Assembly: GCA_963713735.1 (NCBI GenBank) | Contig: CAVQND010000015.1 | Coordinates: 8,095-72,094, forward strand | DNA: 64,000 bases | Source: an uncultured bacterium | Lineage (GTDB): Bacteria > Verrucomicrobiota > Verrucomicrobiia > Limisphaerales > UBA8199 | Direction: 5' to 3' | Shown here: one piece after another, positions 56,314 to 64,000 of the stretch | Layout: each line of letters opens with the position of its first letter | How positions within the stretch are numbered: position 1 is the stretch's first letter | The notes under the pieces: generated by a model | What the model was told of the DNA's origin: nothing | Databases searched by the model: none | Seen by the model: the letters and a program-made list of their open reading frames with translations, nothing else | Program-made: the position numbers and the translations under genes

Positions 56314-57844
56314 ATGAAGTTCAATAAGTTCGTTTGGGATCTCTACAGTCAATCCACGCGCGGCGAGAAAGCCCTCGAAAGATTCTCGCGGCTGAACAAC
56401 GAGTTCATCGAACCTTGGTGCCGAGCCATGCAGTTTGAGTTCTTCGGGGAGTTCAAGGAGAAATGTGGACGCACTAAACTGGATATTGATGTTCCCCAAT
56501 TGGTGCGCGACGCAGTAGCGCACATGAAGTTCGAGGAACTCAAGGACGCGACTCGGCACTACAAGGAGACTCTGATCTCGAAAGGCATCCCGTTCGAGAT
56601 GGAGGACAAGACCGGGCAGAAACAAGTGATCTTCGAGTTTCCCGGGGCCAAGGGAGATTGGTATGACTACGTGGCAGCTGTCTCGCTTGGCCTGTATCAG
56701 GCACAGCCCGAGTATTTCCTGTCTTACAATTTTCGGACCAAATTCAACCAAGTGGAAGAAATCCATGCAGAGTTTAACATTCCGCTGCCTCCTGTCCCCG
56801 GCAAATCGGACAAGCTGGCGCGTTGCTCTTACTACGCTGCCATTAACGAGGTCTGGCAAAAGTTCCGCAAACGCCACGGCCTCACGCCGGTTGAGATGTG
56901 CGCATTCCTCTACGACTTCGCACCTCAATTCACCACGCCGATGGATTCCAGTGACCTGCCAACGCCGTCAAAGGTATGGCTCATCACAGGAGGATCATGG
57001 GATATAGAAACCGCCGAGAAGGCAACGCCCAAAACAACGAGCATGTGGGGTGGGAATCCCGCCATTCGTCGCGGAGACATTTTGATTGCTGTACCTTGTC
57101 AGTCCGCGCAAGGCCATAGATTCCATCTGGCGGGCCTGTACGGACGGATTCATCGATCCCTTCTTTCATTATCACGGCACAGTGTGGATCTGCGCACAAA
57201 TCAGGACGGTACACGTAAGCTTCTCCGAGATCAAAGCCGACCCATTGCTTTCCGCAAAGCCGGCTGTGAAAGGCAACTTTCAGGGACCAAGCGGCAAGGC
57301 AGCGTTCACAGTCGAAGAATACGAAGCCATCTTGGCGATCATGAAAGGCAAAGGGCAGGACATTTCAGCTCTGCCACGAATCTCGGCTTCGAATTACCTG
57401 CCGTCCGTTGAGCTCCAAAGCGAGCGGGATGTCGAGATTCACCTGATCGAGCCGCTCCTTGAGCGGCTTGGGTACAAATGTTCCGACTGGTTAAGGCAAA
57501 TGCCTGTCAAAATGGGGCGTGGTGAACGGAACTACCCGGATTGTGCTTTCGGGGCAAATCCGAAACGTGGCGAGGAGAGCGCGAAGATGGTTCTCGAATC
57601 CAAGTTCCAACTAAGCGCACGGAGCGAGTTCACTGAGGCGTTCTACCAGGCGAAATCCTATCCGCTCCGCCTCCAGTCCAATATGATGGCTATGGCGGCG
57701 AAAGAAGGCGTTTGGGTCTTTGCGCCGGATAGCGGAGTTTTCGACATCAAGAAGTTCGTCCATAAAGGCTGGGGCGAGTTGAACCATCCCGATCACTTTC
57801 ACGAAATCCTTCAATTGATCGGTCGGGATCGAATTCTTGGTTGA
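56314..57844 (+). pseudogene. Three-domain protein: unknown N-domain + PUA-like (EVE-type) domain + HsdR_N-type PD-(D/E)xK nuclease domain; one frameshift near 57083-57088
   Basis: ORF 56314-57411 joins ORF 57086-57844 (...RRGDILI / LYLVSPRKAIDSIWRA...). C-terminal ...ERDVEIHLIEPLLERLGYKCSDW...GRGERNYPDCAF...MVLESK matches the type I restriction HsdR N-terminal nuclease-like module. Visibly lower GC. Confidence 0.55.
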
Positions 57845-59049
57845 GCCAAGCGTCGCCAATAGGCCCAGTCCACGCCAAGAAGCAATGTCTCGCCCGGCTT
57901 AACGGTAGCGGCCTCCTGCAGTTTGCCTCGAACCTTGCCATCGAAACCCAGCCGCTCAACGGCCGGTGTTCCCGCAACGGGTTCTGGGGAATCGTTGATG
58001 ACCCAGACACATATCTTGTCAGGCGTCCGCTCAAAGGACACCAACACCGGTTCGTACGCGCGGCGCATGAAGTAGAAGGCAATCTTCGGCTCCAGGTAGT
58101 AGTCCAGGACGCTGGAGTAGATCATCGGCCAAGCGTCGTTGAACCGCCAGACGATGTTGCCCCAGCAGCGCCGGCTGCCGGCGGGCTCGTCATCGGGGAC
58201 TCCGCGGCGCTCACGTTCGATGCGCTCGCGCAGGTATTCACCGTGCGCGGTGCCCAGCACGCGGATGAGTTCCTCGGCGGAGGTGGGGTCGCAGTAGTCC
58301 TGGATCGGGCCGATGCGGTCCCAGGTCGCGATGCCGGTGGAATGGTAGGCCCAGGCCGGCGGCCAGGCGGGCTGGCCCGGCTTGCGGACGGCGGGACTGA
58401 ATCCCGCCGGCCAGAGTTCGCCCTCGCTCAGGAACCGCCTCATGCTCGAGAGCGCAGGCACGCTGGCGCGCAGCACTTCCGAGCCAAACAACGGAAGCGA
58501 GGCGCCAGGGGTGAAGTTGATCGTCGTGTAATCGTGCCAGTCGCCCTCGAGGCCCGTTGCCCGTCGGGCCGCTGCCGTAGGGCGAACTGGTATGGAACAG
58601 GCGCGTCGGATCGAGCCGCTTGCAGGCATCGGGCATCAGCCGCTCGAAAATCTCGCGTTTGGGCTCCGGGACATTTGTCGTTGAAGTCCAAAGATATTGC
58701 TCATTGCCGCCGCACCAAAGCAGGACCGAGGGGTGATTGCGCAGGCGGCAGCATTCGTGCCGATGTGCGGGTCGGGAATCAAACCGCGCGCGAGCAGCAG
58801 TTCGTGAATCTGAGCCGGCATCCGCGCCGGCATCCAGGACTTGTCCGGCGAGATGGCCTCGCGGGCCAGTGCCGCCACGTCCGGTTTGTCAGTATCGAGT
58901 TGCCGGACCGACCACCCGTCCCGCAAGGGAACTCGTCTCCGCAGGACCGTGTCGTCGTTCTCCGCTGCCATCGACAGCAGGGCGAGGGCTAGCATCACAA
59001 CGGTCAAAGCACCTGGTGCCTTGCATGGAGAATTCCGGGCTGCGTCCAT
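57811..59049 (-). pseudogene. GH2 beta-mannosidase-like gene with internal deletion and frameshifts
   Basis: N-terminal ...RVPLRDGWSVRQL...WMPARMPAQIHELLLARGLIPDPHIG... (58636-59049). Mid/C-terminal pieces lie in other frames (...PDACKRLDPTRLFHTSSPYG..., ...GDWHDYTTINF...). The total length is far below the ~850 aa usual for the family. Confidence 0.6.
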
Positions 59050-59313
59050 AACCTCGCCGCAGGGACTTGCGTCTAACCAGTACCGTGTGCGCATGCCCCG
59101 AAAGGCGTGGGCGCGGAGTGCATCGGCCATCCGGTGCCCTGCCTCATGGGTACTGGCGCCATGCCTTACGAAACGCCGTTTGGGAACGTCCGTCTGATCA
59201 GGGAATATGTGGCATAGTCGGAGGATCATTCATGGTCAGTTTTTGTGTTTGAGCCGCATTTGCCGGCGTCGGAGCGCCAGACAGCCGGTCCGGGCCAAAG
59301 GCAAATCGCTTGA

Positions 59314-62300
59314 GTGTCGGGCCAAACTCATCCTAGACTCGAAGAGAATATGTCCAATATCCTGCTTGCCAGCCCATTACGAGCCGTAGGATGGTCTCGA
59401 ATGGCAGACTTCGTAATCCGACCGTCGACCTTCCTTCGTACTTCAACCTTTGGACGTCGGACTTGTGGCCCGCTTTCGTCCCGCGGTCTGCTCCGCCCTT
59501 GCTGCTGGCCGCTCCTCGCCCTGCTGGTCTTGAGTTTCATTCCCTCGCTGTTCGCCCAAAGTCTTGTGGTGGAAGACCTGCGTTGCGAGTATTGCATCAA
59601 TCCCCTGGGTCTGGATACCCCGAAACCGCGCTTGAGCTGGATCCTCTCCTCCAGTCGGCGGGCCCAACGGCAAACGGCTTACCGCATCCTGGTGGCCTCT
59701 TCTTTCGAGGCCGTGGCAGCGAATCGCGGCGATCTGTGGGATAGTGGCAAAGTCGCCTCGGACCAATCGGTCCAAATCGATTACGAGGGCACCCGCTCTC
59801 CAGCCGAGCGCGTTGCTTTTGGAAAGTCCGCGTGTGGGATAAGGACGGCACGCCCTCCGATTGGAGCGCCCCGGCACAATGGGAAATGGGTTTGTTGGCC
59901 CCCCAAGACTGGAAGGCCGAGTGGATTCAGCAACGCACGCCGGAACCAAGGTCTGAAGAGGAGCGGTTCAATGACCAGCCCGCTCCCCTCTTGCGCCAGG
60001 AGTTTACGGTTGACAAAGCCGTCGCGCGCGCGCGCGCGTACATCAGCGGTTTGGGGTACTGACGAACTGCGTCTGAACGGCAAGCGGGTCGGCGACAATG
60101 TGCTGGACCCGGGTTGGACGACCTATTCCAGGCGTGTTCTGTATTCGACTTATGATGTGGCGTCTCAACTCGCCCGTGGCCGCAACGCCGTCGGGATCAT
60201 GCTGGGCAACGGCTGGTTCAACCCGCTGCCGTTGCGGATGTGGGGTCGGTTGAACCTGCGCGAGCATCTCACAGTTGGCGTGCCGCGCGTCATCCTGCAA
60301 TTGGCGATTGACTATGTTGATGGCAGCTCGCAGATGATCACCACCGACACCACTTGGAAAGCCGGCCCGGGACCAGTCCTCCGCAACAGCGTCTATCTTG
60401 GTGAAGTGTATGACGCTCGCCGCGAGCAGCCCGGATGGGATGCGCCGGGTTTCGCGAACACGAAATGGGAACCCGCAGTGCTGGCCACCGCTCCCCTTGG
60501 GGCGCTGCGGGCGCAAACCGCCCCGCCCATCCGCGCCACACGGGTGCTGCGACCCGTGAAACGCACCCAGCCCCGGCCCGGCACCCACATTTTTGATTTA
60601 GGGCAGAATTTCGCCGGCTGCGTGACGCTTCGTGTGAAAGGGCCGGCCGGCACTGTGGTGCGACTGCGTTATGGTGAGCTGCTATATCCGGACGGCACCT
60701 TGAATGGCATGACCTCGGTGGCGGGCCAGATCAAAGGGGGCGGTCTCAACTATGTTTACCCGGGCACTGGGGCCCGAAAACCGCCTGGCAATGTGACGTC
60801 TATACGCTCAAAGGCGGGGCGGAGGAAACCTATACTCCTCGTTTCACCTTCCATGGTTTCCGCTATGTGGAAGTCACGGGCTATCCCGGGGAGCCGCCGT
60901 TGGAGGCTTTGGAGGGTTTGCGCTTGAACAGCGCTGTCGAACGCGCCGGCACGTTCGCTTGCTCGAACGAGCGCTTCAACCAAATCCAAAAGCAAATCGA
61001 ATGGACATTCCTGGCCAACCTGTTCAGTGTCCAATCCGACTGCCCCGCTCGCGAGAAGTTCGGCTACGGCGGGGACGTGGTTGCCACCAGTGAGACTTTC
61101 CTGCTGAATTTCGACATGGCTCGGTTCTACGGAAAAACGGTCCGTGATTATGCGGACGCGGCGCGGCCCAATGGGGGCCTGACCGAGACGGCCCCGTTCG
61201 TGGGGATTGCCGACGAAGGCCTTGGGAGAGATTCAGGCCCGGTGGGGTGGGGAACAGCCTTTCCCCAACTCCAGTGGCAGCTCTATCAGTATTACGGCGA
61301 TCGCCGGATCCTGGAGGAGCAATACCCGCTTACCCGAAACTGGGTTGAATTCCTCCACGCCCGCGCCAAAGACAACCTCCTCGACAATGGTATCAGTGAC
61401 CACGAGAGCCTCGTGCCGAAGCCCCGGGCACTGACGGGAACGGCGTTCTACTACTACAATGTTCAGTTGCTTTCCCGCATCGCGCGGGTCCTGGGCAAGA
61501 CTCAGGACGCCGAGCACTACGCCGCCCTCGCCGGGGAGATCAAACAGTCCTTTAACCGCCGTTTCCTGAAAACAGGCACCGGGGCCTATGACACCGCCAC
61601 GCAGGCCTGCCAGGCCTTCGCCCTCTTTCTGGATCTGGCGCCGCCGGAGGAAAGACCAAACGCCCTCAAAGTCCTGGTTCGGGACCTTCTCGAATCGCAC
61701 CACGGTCATTTGACCACGGGAATATTCGGCACCCGTTTTCTGCCGCTGGTCCTATCGGACTTCGGTCGAACCGACCTGGCCTGCGCGGTTGTGGATCAAG
61801 GGGACTTTCCCGGCTGGGGCTATATGCTCGAACGGGGAGCCACCACGCTCTGGGAACACTGGGAGTTCAGCGACAACACCTTCTCCCACAACCATCCTAT
61901 GTTTGGCTCGATTGGGGAATGGTACTTCAAAGCCCTCGCAGGCCTTCAGCCGGATCCTGAAACGGCCGGGTGCGGGCATTTCATCATCCGGCCCCAACCG
62001 GCGCCAAACCTGACCTGGGTCAAGGGGGAATACCGAAGCGTGCGCGGCCCAGTGGCCAGCGAATGGCATGTCGCGGAGGGCAGAATCAACCTGCGGGTAG
62101 CGATCCCTGCCAACATGTCGGCGACCGTTTATGTTCCGGCCGGGGATTCGGCGGCAGTTGAGGAGAGCGGCCGGCCGGCGGGCGAGGGCGGCGGGGTAAG
62201 ATTCCTGAGAGCCGAAGCGGGGGCGGCAGTGTATGAAGTTGGCTCAGGCAGCTTTGTCTTCGAGGCACCCTTCGTCCCCGCGGGCGCAGCACGAAGCAGG

Positions 62301-62366
62301 CACATGCCGGGAACGGATCTGCCCGACCCGGGGCGGAACGGGCCCGGACCAGATGATCAGCTATGA
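59314..62366 (+). pseudogene. GH78 alpha-L-rhamnosidase (second copy), at least three frame disruptions
   Basis: LRCEYCINPLGLDTPKPRLSW; CFWKVRVWDKDG in a second frame (shift at a C-run ~59791-59795); in-frame TGA at ~60060 where an extra g breaks GLGYYELRLNGKRV; shift near 60790-60860. Intact C-terminal two thirds (60867-62366) with FHGFRYVEVTG, DCPAREKFGYGGD, TTLWEHWE. Confidence 0.8.
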
Positions 62367-63670
62367 AGCCGCGCCCAGCGTGGTTGGCATGGTCTTTCCT
62401 CCTTGCTGCGGGTGGTTTACTGCCCGCAGCCGTTCGTGCCGAAACCCGCACGGCCGCAGCGTTGACTCCGGAAGCCGTCTGGGACGCCATCAACGCGGCA
62501 AAGGACGGGGACATCGTACAGCTTCCCGAGGGGACGGCGGTGTGGAAGAGCGGATGGAACTCCAAGCATTGGGCGAAGATGAAAGCGATCACCATTCAGG
62601 GCGCCGGAATTGACAAGACGATTATTCGCACTGATACAACCACGGCCCCTGGAGACAAGGCGTTCGTGCTAAATGGGGTAGAAGGAAAACCCTTCCGGAT
62701 CACAGGGATCACTTTCGACGGAACCGGGTTTACCAACGCGGGAACATGGGCCGGCGAGGTCGTGATCAGCGGAAACTGCAAGAACTTCCGCGTGGACCAC
62801 TGCAAGTTTCTGAATATGGATCAGATGATGACAATCACTGGAGACACTTATGGATTGGTGGACCACTGCTACTTTCACGCCCTGGAGAAGAATCGCCTGG
62901 CTCAGACGATCTGCTGTCAGGGACCCGGCAAGGTCGCCTTCAGCAGGCCTCTGACGATGGGCACTGCCCAAGCGGTCTACTTCGAGGACAATGAGGCTCG
63001 CTTCAGCCCGGCGGTCGTGAACACGGACGGCAACAACCCGTGGATCGTGCCCTACAACGGCGCGCGGGTCGTGATCCGGCACAACCGGATCATCAACAGC
63101 CAACTGGAAATCTACAGGGTCCGCCCGGGGGCCTATGGATGCCAGAGCGCCGAGATCTACGACAACACGTTCTCCGCCGAGGGCGTGAAGATGGGCCGGC
63201 CCCAGGGGTTCATCTTCATCGCCGGCGGCGTGGCGATGGTGTTCAACAACACCGTGACGGGAACGACCTACAACACCCGCACGATCCAAGTCAGTCACGA
63301 ACGATCGTTCCAAGCCATTGGCGAGTTTGGGATCTGTGACGGCAACAATCCCATTGACGGCAATCAGATTCCTGCGGGCCAGAAAGGGGCAGGCTATCCA
63401 GCCATGGGCCAACCGGGCCGGGCAACGGATGCCGACGGAGATGGCGTATTCGAACCATCGCCCTGCTACGCATGGAACAACACGCTCAATGGGGCGAAGC
63501 TCAACATGGTGCTGCGCCCTTGGGGGGATCCAGAAAAGAACGCGAAACAGGCGGCGCACGTCACGGAAGGGCGGGATTTCTTCAACGAGGCGCCCAAGCC
63601 CGAGTACTACAGGCCGTACACCTATCCGCACCCGCTTCAAAGCGGTCAGGAGGCCAGATCGGGATTTTGA
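62363..63670 (+). CDS. Secreted right-handed beta-helix (pectate-lyase-fold) protein
   Basis: Signal peptide. Repeated ...I.G..F.G... / ...V.HC.F... / ...N.I... coil-like segments. Intact. The ATG overlaps the GH78 stop (ATGA). Confidence 0.6.
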   Translation: MKPRPAWLAWSFLLAAGGLLPAAVRAETRTAAALTPEAVWDAINAAKDGDIVQLPEGTAVWKSGWNSKHWAKMKAITIQGAGIDKTIIRTDTTTAPGDKAFVLNGVEGKPFRITGITFDGTGFTNAGTWAGEVVISGNCKNFRVDHCKFLNMDQMMTITGDTYGLVDHCYFHALEKNRLAQTICCQGPGKVAFSRPLTMGTAQAVYFEDNEARFSPAVVNTDGNNPWIVPYNGARVVIRHNRIINSQLEIYRVRPGAYGCQSAEIYDNTFSAEGVKMGRPQGFIFIAGGVAMVFNNTVTGTTYNTRTIQVSHERSFQAIGEFGICDGNNPIDGNQIPAGQKGAGYPAMGQPGRATDADGDGVFEPSPCYAWNNTLNGAKLNMVLRPWGDPEKNAKQAAHVTEGRDFFNEAPKPEYYRPYTYPHPLQSGQEARSGF

Positions 63671-63826
63671 AGCACACGTTTTTCGGCGGTCGCGTGGCTG
63701 GCGGGGCCGGGCAAGGGCGACGAATGGAAAGCGGTGGTAGAGCCATGCCGGAACTTGCTCCAGAAGCCGAGGCTGCGTTGAGAGGCGCTACCTCCACCTC
63801 TTTGGTCGGGCACCCTTGACTGCTGC

Positions 63827-64000
63827 TCAACGCCACCTCTCCACCGACGCTCGATCAGGGACCATCGGTCCGACGATGCGGGGGAGTTCGGGAGGCGCAA
63901 ACTCCGGACCGCCCACCAGAAAGCGCAGCATCAAGTACTCCACCAATTGGGAATAGGCGAACCCCACCTGCTTCGCGCACTCCGACGAGTAAGCGGTGAG
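63827..64000 (-). CDS. 3' end of an ORF running off the window edge (unknown function)
   Basis: Open frame ...AYSSECAKQVGFAYSQLVEYLMLRFLVGGPEFAPPELPRIVGPMVPDRASVERWR* ends at TGA 63827-63829. Only 57 codons are visible. Confidence 0.3.
   Translation of the reverse strand, partial: LTAYSSECAKQVGFAYSQLVEYLMLRFLVGGPEFAPPELPRIVGPMVPDRASVERWR

Noticed and set aside
56266-56928. 220-aa minus-strand ORF
   Set aside because: Antisense to the 5' half of the PUA/HsdR_N gene. The plus-strand frame is longer, has better composition and continues into recognisable domains.
54890-57900. Direct repeat of the tRNA-Pro 3' end marking an integrated island (att site)
   Set aside because: I could not find a second copy of ggttcaaatcctgtcgctccgacca or a substantial part of it downstream by eye, and no integrase gene is present. 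The islet is therefore reported only as a compositional and contextual anomaly.

Overview
Visibly GC-rich bacterial chromosomal segment. By inference only, gene content and repeat families resemble a PVC-type (Verrucomicrobiota-like) polysaccharide-degrading heterotroph. Recognisable content: (a) a housekeeping block: ClpX-like ATPase, two PilT-type ATPases, MidA-like methyltransferase, rsmE, dnaJ, grpE, NfeD-flotillin, beta-carbonic anhydrase, long-form ispH, tRNA-Pro(UGG). (b) A translationally coupled 4-gene lipid-tailoring/export-type operon: PaaK-like ligase, GT2-DUF2062, MMPL exporter, methyltransferase. (c) An ECF sigma / anti-sigma / PDZ operon. (d) A lipoprotein cluster with an ankyrin lipoprotein and a Gly/His-rich secreted protein. 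(e) Many carbohydrate-active enzyme genes: two GH78, GH2, GH38-like, GH20-like, esterases and a beta-helix protein. Roughly one third of the loci are broken as assembled, by +/-1 frameshifts (several in short G/C homopolymers, including dnaJ), internal deletions or short remnants. Two insertion sequences (IS4 family, IS110 family) and at least three palindromic MITE/REP-like repeat families are present. No rRNA genes or CRISPR arrays were seen. Observations most worth follow-up: (1) a ~1 kb ORF-free, GNRA-tetraloop-rich, apparently structured region next to tRNA-Pro, between an orphan hicB and a PUA-like/HsdR_N nuclease-like gene. (2) Its first ~145 nt recur as a second, covarying copy at 40013-40156. 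(3) The IS110-family element sits inside a reconstructable perfect 10-bp palindrome (GGACT|AGTCC), and its 5' leader carries a hairpin loop with a tandem AGUCC-A-AGUCC motif matching both half-sites, which fits a bridge-RNA target-binding loop. (4) The IS4-family element carries an AbrB-like passenger gene and a perfect 20-bp AT palindrome between the divergent start codons. All homology calls come from reading the translations by eye; no searches were run.
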